A stretch of 64,000 nucleotides of DNA. Origin: a virus. The notes beneath the pieces are model-generated. The model had not been told where the DNA came from. It saw nothing but the letters and a program-made list of their open reading frames with translations, and searched no databases. The translations under genes and the position numbers were made by a program. Location of the stretch: the IMG/VR virus record IMGVR_UViG_3300031841_005609, positions 42,203 through 106,202 of that record; one strand, 5' to 3'. Positions 28,720 to 40,400 of this stretch are shown here, in pieces (positions within the stretch are counted from its first letter, which is position 1; each line of letters starts with the position of its first letter).

Positions 28720-31700
28720 ATGGCTGAGCAAACATTTAGATCACCCGGGTTTTTTGAACAGGAAATTGACCTTTCTGCTAGGCAAATAGCTCCTGTCGGA
28801 ACACCCGCTGGAGTCATAGGTACATCAGAATTTGGACCCGCATTTGTTCCAGTAACGGTAGGATCTTTCGCCGATTTTGAATCACGTTTTGGTACGCTAC
28901 ACCCAGACAGATTCGGACCTTATGCCGTAAGAGAATTTTTAAAGCACAGATCAGCTTTAACCTATCTTAGAGTTTTGGGAGCTGGAGCCAATGAGACCTC
29001 CACAGACATCCAGAACACTGAGCAGTACGGTTACGTTAAAAACGCCGGCTTCCGACTTACCGGTTCTTTGATGACTGACACTGATGGCGAAGGCGCTGAT
29101 GATCTTGCATTTCAGGGCGGTGTTGCTATTATATCTGCTAAACACACGCCCGTTGCTCACGAAGCGGCCAGCTATAGCTTATATACAGATAATGCTAGTA
29201 TTAGTAACAACACTGACGCTCATCTGGTCAGAGGCGTTGTCTTCTTAACAACTGGTTCTAAGCTCCAGATTCTTGATCACGATCAAAACTGGTCAATCGT
29301 AAATTCAAGAGCCGCCGGCGCTGAGGTCGGTGCCATTGGTGGTCTTTCAGATCAGAAATATTTTAAGCTTGCGATCAGCTCTTCTGCTGGAGCTTCTTTT
29401 TCAAATGATGAAGGAGTCCCGGGAATTAGAATTCTTACCGCATCCCTTGATCCGAACGACGGACAGTACATCGGCAAAGTTCTAAACACAAATCCACAGA
29501 ATTTTCAGAAGGAGCAACACCTTCTCTACTTAGACTATGCAGTTGAGCACGAACTCGCTCCTGTTACTGTAACCCCAGGAACAGACACAGTTGCAGTTCT
29601 TTCTGGTACGATAAATACTTCTACTAGAAACTCACTAAGATATGACAACATTGTAGGTCGTTACGACACGAGATACACAACTCCTCGAACTACAAGCTTT
29701 ATATCACAACCTTTCGGAAAGAAGGAGTTTGATCTCTTTCACTTTGAGACAATTTCTGATGGTGCTTATGCAAACGATAAATTTAAGGTCTCTATAGCTA
29801 ATCTTCGGGCTTCGACGGATCCGAACGATGCTTACGGAACTTTTGAAGTCCAGGTAAGACTCTTCGATGACAAAGATACATCTACTGAGATCATCGAGAG
29901 ATATCCTGAATGTAGTCTCAACCCAAGAAGCGATAGATACGTTGCTAGAGTTATTGGTGACAAAAAGGTTAGATACGATTTCGATCAGGAAGATCCTTCG
30001 GAAAGACGTCTTGTAATAACAGGAAAATATCCAAACCTTTCTTCTAGAATTAGAATCCAAATGAACGCTGGGATAGAAGCCGGCGAAGTTCCTGCAACTG
30101 CGCTTCCTTTTGGTTTTAGAGGAATACCGGTTCTAAAGACCAACAATTCTTTGACTGATGGTCTTACTGGACTCACCGACTCTGAGTCAAGAGCTTTGGG
30201 GGAAACAGTCCCAGACAATAGAAAGACACACAGGCTTAATTCTAACACTGATGCTGTTGCGCTAACAAGAGCAATAGTTCCTCCGATGCCGTATAGATTT
30301 AAGGTAACTAGAGGGGAAGCATCTTCTGATTCTACACCTGGTTTCGTTGGAACTCCTGGAACAAACGAAAGAGTTGACGGAAGATATTATTGGGGTGTTA
30401 ATTCATTAAGAATTCCAACTGCAGGATCTACTACAAATCCTGTCCTCAATTCAAACGCAGGAAACACGGTTAATCCTCTCGTTAGGGCTTATACCAAGTT
30501 CCAAGGAATTGAGAAGCTGGATGCACTTGTTTCTGGTTCTGCTGCTGATGAATTTAACTCAAACAAGTTCACGCTTGCAAGAGTTGCCTTCTCAAACAAA
30601 ACGGCAAACAACTCTCTATATGATGTTTTCTCAGCCTTTACTGGATCAGCTCCGGAGCACATGCTTGAAGCTGCTTACATCAGAGACGGACAGCCGGATA
30701 GAAACACGTATGTTGTGGATGATAGAGTCGCCGCAGGAAATAGATTTACTCTCGCTTCTTTGATTCACACTAGCTCGGTTCTCTTTAACAGATTCACCTC
30801 TTACGCTAAGTTTACCAACGTGTTCCACGGCGGATTCGACGGGCTTAATATCCTAGACAGAGATCTCTCGCTATTCAGGGATAAGGCGTTCTCAGTAGAC
30901 GCCGGAGGTAAATCAGTTGAAACAGGAATGAATATCGGTCTCGCTGATGTTGATTCAAAGAACCAGGGTGGTTCCGGAAGAAGAAGCAACAGTAACGCAT
31001 CTATGAGAAGAGCTGTTGATATCATGACTGATCCGATGTCTTCGAACATCAACATCCTTGCAATACCGGGCGTAAGAGAAACATTCGTATCGGATCACGC
31101 CCTTGAGAAGACCAGAGATTATTCGAAGGCTATGTACTTGCTAGATACTCTAAAGTACGATGAAAACGGAAATAGACTTTACGACGACAGCAAGGCTCGA
31201 GTGGATGTGAGAGAAACATCAGAGCAGTTCGAGAGCAGAGCTATCGACAACAACTACGCAGCTACATACTTCCCAGATGTTTTTATACAGGATCCTATTA
31301 ACAACAGAAATGTTAAGGTTCCTGCTTCGGTAGCGGCTTTGGGAACGTTGGCTTTCAACGACAGAGTTTCTTTCCCTTGGTTCGCACCTGCTGGTTTTAA
31401 TCGAGGTGGAATGGACTTCGTTGTAAATGTCGAAAACAGACTCACTTCTGGAGACAGAGACACACTGTATGATGCAAGAATGAATCCTATAGCTGTTTTC
31501 CCGAACACTGGTTTCGTTATCTTCGGGCAGAAAACTCTGCAGTTTACAAAGTCTGCTCTCGACAGAGTCAACGTTAGACGCCTGATGCTAGAGATTAAAC
31601 GACAGGTTACTGGAGTGGCTGAAAGATTCTTGTTCGAGCCGAACAACGCTACGACTCGATCTAGGTTCGTAAGCCAGATAACTCCACTTCTTGGACTCAT

Positions 31701-31875
31701 CCAGTTGCAGGCAGGTATAGAGCAATTTAAGGTTATCTGTGATGCTTCCAATAACACCTCTGAAGAGGTCGAGCAAAACAGAATGAATGGACGAATCGTT
31801 GTTGTACCTACTAGAGCGGTTGAATTTATCTCAATCGACTTTATCATAACAAATAGCGGCGTGTCCTTTGAGTAA
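28720..31875 (+). CDS. Tail sheath protein 1 (gp18-like)
   Basis: SPG..EQEIDLS, GPAFVPV, WFAPAGFNRG, FGQKTL, DRVNVRRL, PTRAVEFI. Confidence 0.95.
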   Translation: MAEQTFRSPGFFEQEIDLSARQIAPVGTPAGVIGTSEFGPAFVPVTVGSFADFESRFGTLHPDRFGPYAVREFLKHRSALTYLRVLGAGANETSTDIQNTEQYGYVKNAGFRLTGSLMTDTDGEGADDLAFQGGVAIISAKHTPVAHEAASYSLYTDNASISNNTDAHLVRGVVFLTTGSKLQILDHDQNWSIVNSRAAGAEVGAIGGLSDQKYFKLAISSSAGASFSNDEGVPGIRILTASLDPNDGQYIGKVLNTNPQNFQKEQHLLYLDYAVEHELAPVTVTPGTDTVAVLSGTINTSTRNSLRYDNIVGRYDTRYTTPRTTSFISQPFGKKEFDLFHFETISDGAYANDKFKVSIANLRASTDPNDAYGTFEVQVRLFDDKDTSTEIIERYPECSLNPRSDRYVARVIGDKKVRYDFDQEDPSERRLVITGKYPNLSSRIRIQMNAGIEAGEVPATALPFGFRGIPVLKTNNSLTDGLTGLTDSESRALGETVPDNRKTHRLNSNTDAVALTRAIVPPMPYRFKVTRGEASSDSTPGFVGTPGTNERVDGRYYWGVNSLRIPTAGSTTNPVLNSNAGNTVNPLVRAYTKFQGIEKLDALVSGSAADEFNSNKFTLARVAFSNKTANNSLYDVFSAFTGSAPEHMLEAAYIRDGQPDRNTYVVDDRVAAGNRFTLASLIHTSSVLFNRFTSYAKFTNVFHGGFDGLNILDRDLSLFRDKAFSVDAGGKSVETGMNIGLADVDSKNQGGSGRRSNSNASMRRAVDIMTDPMSSNINILAIPGVRETFVSDHALEKTRDYSKAMYLLDTLKYDENGNRLYDDSKARVDVRETSEQFESRAIDNNYAATYFPDVFIQDPINNRNVKVPASVAALGTLAFNDRVSFPWFAPAGFNRGGMDFVVNVENRLTSGDRDTLYDARMNPIAVFPNTGFVIFGQKTLQFTKSALDRVNVRRLMLEIKRQVTGVAERFLFEPNNATTRSRFVSQITPLLGLIQLQAGIEQFKVICDASNNTSEEVEQNRMNGRIVVVPTRAVEFISIDFIITNSGVSFE

Positions 31876-31916
31876 AGAATAAGTAAGAATATGCAGCAAT
31901 TTCAGGAGAAAGCTCA

Positions 31917-34900
31917 ATGGCAGAGTTAACATTTAAGAGCCCGGGCGTAAGCACCAGAGAAATAGATCTCAGCGGTCCAACAGCGATCCAACCTACAGGA
32001 GTTCCTGCAGGAGTTATCGGAACCGCCGTTAGAGGACCTGCTTTCGTTCCAGTTACTGTGGCAACCTTTCAGGACTTCGTTGCCAAGTTCGGAAACACAG
32101 ACGGAGAGAAATTTGGACCTCTAGCCATGAACGAATGGTTGCGAAGTGCAAACGCCGGAACATACGTTAGAATCCTAGGTATCGGTGATGGTAAGAAGAG
32201 AACTTCTGCAGGCGCCAATGCAGGTAAGGTTACCAACGCAGGGTTCGTCGTCGGCGGACAAACCGTCCAAGGCAACGGGTTTATGGGGAACAATCCATAC
32301 TCTGATCACGCAACGTCTGATAAAGCTGGTCCCTTAGGAAGAACTTACTTCTTAGGAGCATTTCACTCTGCTTCAGCCGGAAGCTCTTTTCTCTCAGAAG
32401 CAGGTCTTCAAGGCGGCACAAGAGGCACCCCGGCATCTGCTACCTTTGCTGCTCTCGGCGGCGGAGCCGATCGAATTAAGATAATCTGGAGAGATCCTAA
32501 TACAAAGGCCGGAAACGGAAAGCGAATAGAGCTTAGGGTCAACGCCGCGGCCGCTCAAGGCGCCGGCGCATTCGCAGTCGATTTCGACAGCCCACAAGAC
32601 AAGCTTCGAATAACTGTTAGATTGAACTCCGACGAACTCGGATTTGGAACAATAGCTGAGCTCGTTGAGCTTATCAACACCGGTGACATCGCCACTCCCG
32701 GCATGACTGCTTTAACTGTAGACGATACAGAAGGCTTAAGACAGAAGATCCGAGCTGAAATCGTTGGTGATGACGGATCTGAAGTTCTTCTAGATGGAGA
32801 TGATGAAATTATTACTCTCTCGGGCGGAACGGCTGGTAACTTTGCTGCTTCTCCTATAATCAGAGGCGTCTTGATGGCACCTTCTGGCGTCAACATCACA
32901 ATGAGTACTTCTACTGTTGCAGATGCTAACAATATAGTGAAATCAGACGCCAACGAGGCCGGCGGCGGACCTTTCGGAGATGTTAATGTAGGATCAGCAA
33001 AACAGGAATTTGCTCTCTTGCTTAATGGGCACAAGAAGTCAGATCTTTCTACAAACGTGATCACTGCTTCTTTTGATCCGAGCGCACCGAACTACATCAC
33101 TAAGGTCATCAATACTGATCCTACCAAGATAGAAGAGCAGGGAATATACCTTCACTCTGCTTACGACATCTATCAAACTCAGGCTATAATCACAGGATCA
33201 GGTGTGACAGGCCACCTTGACACCGACAAGATTCGATACGAATCTGCGTTCTTGCTGTCGGGATCTGGGGGAAGAGACTCGGGTACAGCAGCTACGTCTA
33301 CTTCGATCGGCGTGCCAAACTTTGAAAACTTTCAAGATAGATTTACAACTGCTTTCTCTCCTTTTGTCATGTCACAGAAGTTCGGCGGAAAGAATGAAAA
33401 TCTCTTTAGAATCCACGCGTTAGATGACGGAAGAGCTGGGTCTGATGCATTCAAGATTACGATTGATGGAATACAGGCATCAACAAACGAAAATGATCCA
33501 TACGGTAAGTTTAACCTACAGGTTCGCTTCTTATCAGACTCTGATGCTGAGCCTGTCGTTCTAGAGTCGTTCCGAGGCCTGGATCTTAATCCTTCAAGTG
33601 AGAACTTCATTGGAAGAAGAATCGGTGATCGACATACATTCTACGATTTCGATAAATCGGCAGGAGCTCAAAAGATTGTTGTTGACGGAACTTATCCAAA
33701 CGTTTCAAACTACATTAGAGTAGAACTTGATCCTTCGGTGAGCGATGGAACAGCTAACAAGGAATCAGTCCCTGTCGGTTTCCGAGGCTTACATCACCTT
33801 GTGACTTCTGGATCAACGATATCTGTCGGAGACGCAAATACAGCTACGGGCGGTCTTGCAATCTTGACGGGATCTCACATCAATGCCAAGGCTGCTGGTT
33901 TCCAGCTATATAATTCTCCGAATTCACCAGCGCTTCAGAAAATAAATCAACCACCTGTCCCGATGCGTGAATCTGTTGCTGTAGGCGTCTCACCAAAGAA
34001 GACCGTTAATGCCAAGCTCACGTGGGGTGTTCAGTTCGAAAAGAAAGATTCGATCACAGAACCCAACAGAAGCCAGGTGCTGAATGATTCAATTAGAAGT
34101 TTTACCAAGTATTTCCCGTCTTTCCACACTGTTGATCAAAACGCGATCGTAGGAGACAATGAGGGAACACCTGATGTTGCTGGTTGCGTTCTTGACGCAG
34201 ACAGATATAACAACAATGCCTTCAGTCTTGAGAAGATTCAAATCGTCACGACTGCTGCTGATAAGCCTGATGCACAACAATGGGCTGCAGCCCTCTATAG
34301 AAGAAACGGACAGGCTTCGGATTCAATTCTTGATGTCGATGGTGTTTCTACCACAGACACCAGGCTCATAAATCCTGCAGTTGACTTTAAGGTTCTTTCC
34401 GCTCGAAAGTTCCTCAAGTTTACCTTCCCACTCCAGGGTGGATTCGATGGTGTAAACATTTTCGACAAGGATAAGTCAAAGTTCACTGACGCAGCTCTCA
34501 GAAGAGAGATGGACGATTCTTCAAACCAGGGCGGAAAAGAAGGACCAACTGTTGGAGCTTACAGAAAAGCGATATCAGTCATGGAAGAAAAGACTGATGT
34601 CGACATCCAGCTTCTTGCAATTCCAGGCGTTAGACACGAATCAGTCACAGACTTTGCAATAGACTCTGTTGAAAGAAGATTTGATGCACTTTACATTATG
34701 GATCTTGAGGAACGAGACACACTCAATAATCCGATCACAGGATCAGGTTCCGTAATTAACGTGAAGAATACTGTTGATAGACAAGCTGCGAGAAACATGG
34801 ATTCTTCTTTCGCTGCAACTTACTTCCCGGATGTTGTTATAACTGATCCTGCAACGCAGACAAACGTACAATGTCCGCCTTCTGTTGCGGTTCTTGGTGC

Positions 34901-35435
34901 TTTTGCTTTCAACGATTCAGTGGCACATCCTTGGTTCGCTCCGGCTGGTTTCAACCGCGGTGCTCTTTCAACGACAATAGAGTCGCAGGTTAAGCTTAAT
35001 AGAGACAATCTTGATGATCTCTACGAAGTAGATATCAATCCGATCACCGCATTCCCATCAACACCGGGAGTTATCGTTTTCGGACAGAAGACCCTGTTAG
35101 CTGCACAAAGTGCTCTTGACAGAGTCAACGTAAGAAGACTGCTGATTGACGTTAGAAGAAAAGTTAAGAACGTCGCCAACTCACTTCTCTTCGAACCAAA
35201 CAGAGAAGATACATTGGCCAAGTTCAGCAACGCTGTTACACCAATTCTTTCGAGAATCCAGCAACAGCAAGGTCTTGATAGATTTAGAGTTCAGATAGAC
35301 ACCACAACAACTACGCAGGCTGACGTTGAGAACAACACGATAAGAGGAAAGATCTTCTTACAGCCTACGAGATCTGTTGAGTTCATCTCACTCGATTTCG
35401 TTGTTACCAACGCTGGACAATTTGAACAGGCTTAA
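31917..35435 (+). CDS. Tail sheath protein 2 (gp18-like)
   Basis: Same sheath motifs, plus an extra internal domain. Confidence 0.95.
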   Translation: MAELTFKSPGVSTREIDLSGPTAIQPTGVPAGVIGTAVRGPAFVPVTVATFQDFVAKFGNTDGEKFGPLAMNEWLRSANAGTYVRILGIGDGKKRTSAGANAGKVTNAGFVVGGQTVQGNGFMGNNPYSDHATSDKAGPLGRTYFLGAFHSASAGSSFLSEAGLQGGTRGTPASATFAALGGGADRIKIIWRDPNTKAGNGKRIELRVNAAAAQGAGAFAVDFDSPQDKLRITVRLNSDELGFGTIAELVELINTGDIATPGMTALTVDDTEGLRQKIRAEIVGDDGSEVLLDGDDEIITLSGGTAGNFAASPIIRGVLMAPSGVNITMSTSTVADANNIVKSDANEAGGGPFGDVNVGSAKQEFALLLNGHKKSDLSTNVITASFDPSAPNYITKVINTDPTKIEEQGIYLHSAYDIYQTQAIITGSGVTGHLDTDKIRYESAFLLSGSGGRDSGTAATSTSIGVPNFENFQDRFTTAFSPFVMSQKFGGKNENLFRIHALDDGRAGSDAFKITIDGIQASTNENDPYGKFNLQVRFLSDSDAEPVVLESFRGLDLNPSSENFIGRRIGDRHTFYDFDKSAGAQKIVVDGTYPNVSNYIRVELDPSVSDGTANKESVPVGFRGLHHLVTSGSTISVGDANTATGGLAILTGSHINAKAAGFQLYNSPNSPALQKINQPPVPMRESVAVGVSPKKTVNAKLTWGVQFEKKDSITEPNRSQVLNDSIRSFTKYFPSFHTVDQNAIVGDNEGTPDVAGCVLDADRYNNNAFSLEKIQIVTTAADKPDAQQWAAALYRRNGQASDSILDVDGVSTTDTRLINPAVDFKVLSARKFLKFTFPLQGGFDGVNIFDKDKSKFTDAALRREMDDSSNQGGKEGPTVGAYRKAISVMEEKTDVDIQLLAIPGVRHESVTDFAIDSVERRFDALYIMDLEERDTLNNPITGSGSVINVKNTVDRQAARNMDSSFAATYFPDVVITDPATQTNVQCPPSVAVLGAFAFNDSVAHPWFAPAGFNRGALSTTIESQVKLNRDNLDDLYEVDINPITAFPSTPGVIVFGQKTLLAAQSALDRVNVRRLLIDVRRKVKNVANSLLFEPNREDTLAKFSNAVTPILSRIQQQQGLDRFRVQIDTTTTTQADVENNTIRGKIFLQPTRSVEFISLDFVVTNAGQFEQA

Positions 35436-35487
35436 AACTAAGCTATAGAATATTTAATTAAGAAATCGCTCTCAAGGAGACAATAAA

Positions 35488-35976
35488 ATGGCAGAGACAC
35501 TATCAGTTACCGACATGCTCCCAAATAAGTTCGAGCCCAAGCGAAAGTTCAGATGGGTTTTCGCTATAGAGGGAATCGACTCATTTTTGATGAAAACGGC
35601 AGCACGACCTTCAATCACAACAGAAGAGGTCGAGGTACCTTTTATTAACCACACCCGATACGTTGCAGGAAAGACAAAGTTTGAAGCGTTGTCAGTAACT
35701 CTGCACGACCCAATCGCTCCATCAGGCGCACAGCAGGTTATGGAATGGGTAAGAACTCACTTCGAATCTGTGTCAGGTCGTGGCGGATATGCAGATTTCT
35801 ACAAGAGAGATTGCCAGCTTAAGCTTCTCGATCCTGTTGGAACTGTTGTTGAGCTTTGGGACATCAAAGGCGCTTTCTTGACCGCTGCATCTTTCGGGGA
35901 TCTTGACTACGGTGCTTCGGATCCAACCGAAATCTCTTTGACTATCCGATTCGATAACTGCGTACTTCAGTACTAA
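35488..35976 (+). CDS. Tail tube protein (gp19-like)
   Basis: EPKRKFRW..RPSI..EVPFIN..YVAGK..WVR..YKRD..W.IKGAF..GDLDY; follows the sheaths. Confidence 0.9.
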   Translation: MAETLSVTDMLPNKFEPKRKFRWVFAIEGIDSFLMKTAARPSITTEEVEVPFINHTRYVAGKTKFEALSVTLHDPIAPSGAQQVMEWVRTHFESVSGRGGYADFYKRDCQLKLLDPVGTVVELWDIKGAFLTAASFGDLDYGASDPTEISLTIRFDNCVLQY

Positions 35977-35985
35977 TTTCCTCCA

Positions 35986-36013
35986 AGCCCGGCTCTGCCG
36001 GGCTCTTATTTTC
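35986..36013 (+). terminator. Probable terminator after the tube gene
   Basis: AGCCCGGC-TCT-GCCGGGCT followed by a T-rich tract. Confidence 0.75.
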
Positions 36014-36225
36014 TTCTTAGCTTCTAGTTTTGTCTCTAGAGCTGTTTTTTAGAAGTCTATGTAAGAAAACCTTTCTTTTCTAGAAAATCACACCAGAGCT
36101 GAACCTTTAGCCCTCAGCTGTAAGAAAGTATCAACTCGTAATATTTTATATTCGATGATCAAATTTCATTTACAACAAAAATATCGATACTAAACTTAGT
36201 AATATAAAAATCGCGAGGTAAAAAC

Positions 36226-37083
36226 GTGTCAAACGAACAACGTCAAAACAATGAAGTCTTTAGCGCTGCTCAAGCTAGTCAAACAGGCTTCAGAACATCT
36301 AACGTCATGAAAGACGACTTCGGCTACGAAGTTCCAACCGAAGCAGTTCCGCTTCCTTCTGCTGGAAAGGTCTATCCTCCAGAATCAGGTTTGTACTCTC
36401 AGGAAATGATCGAGATCAAAGCAATGACAGCAAAGGAAGAAGATATTCTTACTTCTAGAGCTTTGATTAAAAAAGGTACTGTTATCACTGAGCTCATTAA
36501 GTCTTGCTTGATTGACAAGACAGTTGATGTAGACACGATGATCGCCGGCGACCGAAACGCAGTTATGACAGCTCTTAGAGTTACGGGGTACGGATCAGAG
36601 TATAATGCTCAAGTTTCTTGTCCTGAGTGTGGAGAATCTTCAAAACAAGACTTTAGCTTGACAGATCTTCCGATTAAGCGACTTAATATTTCTCCGGTTG
36701 CCGAAGGAGCAAACCTCTTCGAGTTTAAGTTGCCCCTTACTCAAAAAACAGTTCAGTTTAAGTTCCTGACCGGTAAGGACGAAACCGAAATGGCGACCAT
36801 CGCAGAGCGCCGCAAGAAGCAAGGTCAAAAAACCGACAGTTTGGTTACATCAAGACTTGTTCATTCAATCGTTTCAATTGAAGGGATAACCGATAGAAAC
36901 AAGATTGGAATGTTTATAAAGAACATGCCTGCTAGAGATTCTCTTGCTCTTCGACGTCACATCGACGACAATGAACCTGGCATTTCAATGAAGTCATGGA
37001 TGGAATGCCCACACTGTGATGAACACTCGGAGGTAAATTTGCCCTTAGGGGCTTCGTTTTTTTGGCCTGACGCCGAACGATAA
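36226..37083 (+). CDS. Baseplate hub/tail assembly chaperone (gp26-like)
   Basis: GTG start after GAGGT. LPSAG..Y, MTAKEEDIL, GDRNA..ALR..GYG, two CPxC motifs and an FFWP end. Confidence 0.8.
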   Translation: MSNEQRQNNEVFSAAQASQTGFRTSNVMKDDFGYEVPTEAVPLPSAGKVYPPESGLYSQEMIEIKAMTAKEEDILTSRALIKKGTVITELIKSCLIDKTVDVDTMIAGDRNAVMTALRVTGYGSEYNAQVSCPECGESSKQDFSLTDLPIKRLNISPVAEGANLFEFKLPLTQKTVQFKFLTGKDETEMATIAERRKKQGQKTDSLVTSRLVHSIVSIEGITDRNKIGMFIKNMPARDSLALRRHIDDNEPGISMKSWMECPHCDEHSEVNLPLGASFFWPDAER

Positions 37084-37327
37084 AGAAGTTTATCTGGAGC
37101 AGATATGGGGGCTCATGTACTATATGGGCTTCACATACTCTGATGCGTACAACTTACCTGTATGGAAAAGAATCTGGTTCATCAACAGAACGGTTGAGGA
37201 ATTTAAAAAGTCCTCTGAGAACGGAAGCCCACCAGCTTCTAAAGCCGCCCACCAAAACACACCTGATCAAAGAGCTTTAATGGGCTTGAGGCCCGATGCA
37301 CCCGCCAGGCTGAGAAGGTTTACGTGA
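37058..37327 (+). CDS. Tail assembly chaperone C-terminal extension, probably reached by frameshift
   Basis: The +1 frame is open from 37049 across the T7 run (37057-37063): FFGLTPNDKEVYLEQIWGLMYYMGFTYSDAYNLPVWKRIWFI. It lies directly upstream of the tape measure gene. Confidence 0.65.
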   Translation, partial: FFGLTPNDKEVYLEQIWGLMYYMGFTYSDAYNLPVWKRIWFINRTVEEFKKSSENGSPPASKAAHQNTPDQRALMGLRPDAPARLRRFT

Positions 37328-37414
37328 GACCTACTTTAAGCAGAATCTCTTCTGTAGCAAAGTGCGATACTCGCATATTTATCACAGAACAGTCGTAAAC
37401 TTTCCGGGAAGAGC

Positions 37415-40400
37415 ATGGCAGATCTAAACGAACAATTGAGACTACAAACTGAGCTAAACAAAGTAATAGCTCAGAGACAAGCTCTCATTGACAAGCAGTC
37501 TGCATCCCTTCGACAGCAAGCTCAGATATCAAAAGAGATATGCAAAGCCCTTGAGTGCGGCAGTCTTGAAGACGGAATTAAAAAAAGCAGAGACTTTGGA
37601 AGCTCTCTTGATCAAGCTGCAGAAAAAGCCGAAAAAGCCTCCCAGAAGAACCAGGGTTTCGCGGATTCTATAAAGCAATCTGGTGAGAACGCCAAAGGTG
37701 CTACGAGTCGGTTTAAAAGACTTTTCAAAGCCATTTCCAACAATGCAGTCAAGATAGGTTTTACTCTTGGGCTCATGAAGGGCTTCGGAAATGCGTTTAA
37801 GTCCATTACCAACCTTGGAAAAGGTTTGGTTCGCGGCTTCATGGCGATAACTAGAGGTGCATTCAATCTAGGCAAAGCTATCATTAAGATTCCGTTCCAG
37901 ATAATGGGAAATCTTATGCAGATGGCCCAGCAAGGTGGGATATCTCCTTTCAGGCAAGCACTAGAAAAACTCAGAGGAGAAATGGGTGACCTTGCGTCTG
38001 GTCCTGCGAGAGATGTCGTCAACTCTGTTTATAACATAAGAAAGACTTTCAACGACTCTTCTCAGAGTGCAGTTGGTTTTGGAAGAATCTTTGGGTATGG
38101 TCAGGAAGGTCTGGCCAAGGCTCTAGAGTTCTCCATGGAAGCTGCCAAGGGTATAGGCCCTGTTTTCCATACAATGACAGAGGAGTTTAAGGAGAACGCC
38201 GGCAAACTCGCGATGTTCCAGAAAGGTCTGGGTCTTACGTCTGAGCAAATGGGTGATGTTGTAGCAAGAGCAAAAGCCGCAGGAGAAGACTATAACAAAG
38301 TTTTCGCTGAGATGGAACACTACTCTCACCATCTAGGAAAAGCTTTTAACATCTCCTCAAAGGCAATCAGCCGAGACGTTGGCGAGATGAGAATGGATAT
38401 TGAGCGATTCGGCTTTGCCAGCGTTAAGTCTCTCACAGAGACCGCTGTTCAAACCAAGCGCTTGGGCATCACGATGAAGACCCTTCAGGGCGTTATCGAT
38501 AAGTTTGACAATTTCGAAGATGCTGCTCGATCTGCTGCACGCCTAAGAAGGCAGTTCGGAATCATGATTGACGCTCGCAAGATGGTCGGCATGTCTGGTA
38601 TCGAAAGACTCGAGTACATAAAGAAGCAGTTTGCTGCTTCTGGAAAAGATATCACCAAGATGGGCCGAATTGAGATGAAATACCTCAAAGAAGCCACCGG
38701 CATGGATGCAGCTCAACTTGCTGCTCTTACTGGAAAAGCGAACAAGAATAAATCTCTTAACGATGTCAAGAAAGCAGGCGCAAAAGCACAGGCGAAGGAA
38801 ATAAGTCAAGCTAAGTCGATGCTCCGACTTTCAAAGGCAATCGAGAAGCAGCTGCAGTCAGGCAACACGTCCTACAGGAGTTTCTTTGGAGCATTCTTAG
38901 GAGGATTCCAGAAGGGCGTTATGAGAGCTGGTCCGTTCCGAAAGATGCTAAGAAATCTTGCCAAGTCAATCAGGGTCGTTGAAATGTCCGGACGCCGGGT
39001 AGGTAGAATGTTCGTCAGAATGTTCCCTGGGATGAAGGACATGGTCGAGGGCCTGCAAAAGCTTTTTAATCCCGGAAGATTCAGGCCTTTCATGGGAGAG
39101 ATTGAGTCTCACTTTAAGACTCTGTTTACTGCTCTTAGCGCTTCTCCTACCGAAGTTTCCGCTGCAATGGAGAACTTCTTCTCCGGGATCACCGAATCTT
39201 ATAAGAAATTCTTCAAGTCAGGCGGCCCCGGGGCAAAACAGTTTGCAAGCGGTTTTGATACATTCGTGACCGTCATAGGAAATGTCGGTCTTAAGCTTGT
39301 TGCAAAAACATCGGAAATTGCTGCAAACATGATCAACGCTCTTGCTGATGGCCTTCAGAAGATCAACACTTCGAAAATCATGTCGGGAGGGGAGACAGCG
39401 GCAGAGATCGCCGGCGAAGGTCTATCTAGCAGGTTCGGAGCAGGCTTTTCAAACTTGTTTACTGTTCTAAAGGACAAGCTGTTTCCTGCACTCGGAAGAA
39501 TATTCTCAGAGATGATCCCGTTTGTCATGCGAGGCCTCTTTAACCTCATGGACAAAGTCAAGCAATATTTCAAAGACAACTCAAAGGAGCTAGGTAAAAA
39601 GATTGGAGAGGCTCTTAAAAGCACATTTTTTGTCTTGATAGAGCTCTTCAAAAATATGCCTTGGGAAGCTCAAGCTCTGATCATAGCTAAGATCTTCGGA
39701 GGAGCTCTTCTCGCAGCGCTCATTGCGTCACTTCCAGGATTGTTAGCCTCCGGCTTCAGTATGATCGCTCCAGCTATCGGAGCTGCCCTTACTGGCCCAA
39801 TCGGTATCGGTGTAGCAATGGCACTTGCAGGTGCTGCCATGGAAACCAAGATAAAAGAGCACACCGGAAAACTGGAAAAAGAATATGGAACACAAATAGG
39901 AAGAGTCGCCGGAGGGCTTACAGCTCTCGTGGATACAGTTACTTTCGGATTGATCCCAGAATCTGCGATGACCTCAATCGGAACCTTCCTCGGTGACAGT
40001 TTGGGGTCTATAAAAAATGTCATGGACTCTCTTGGTTTGGGTGTGCTCTTCGATGGAGCCGCAGATGCCGCTAGCGGCTTTTTTAAGACTGTTGAGGGCC
40101 TAGGAGAGGTTCTAAAGGGAATTTTTACCCTCGACTTCGAAAAGGTCGTGAGCGGCTTTAAAAACATCGGCCGCGGAGTCACTCGCTACTTTATCGGCTC
40201 CATTAAGTTTGCTATCGGTAAAATACTGGCAATTCCAGGCGTACTCTGGGCTGCAGTCAAGCAGATACCAAACGTCATTTCTGCAATCCCAGATATGATA
40301 TTCGGCGTAATCAAATCAGCCGGAGCATTCATTTACGGATTCTTTGATGAGCTAGGAATATTTCCTAAGGAGACCCTCGATCAAGTCGCAGGCTTCTTTT

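Noticed and set aside
36014-36165. Possible small gene or RNA in the tube-chaperone intergenic gap
   Set aside because: Only very short ORFs without SD and weak hairpins were found on either strand.
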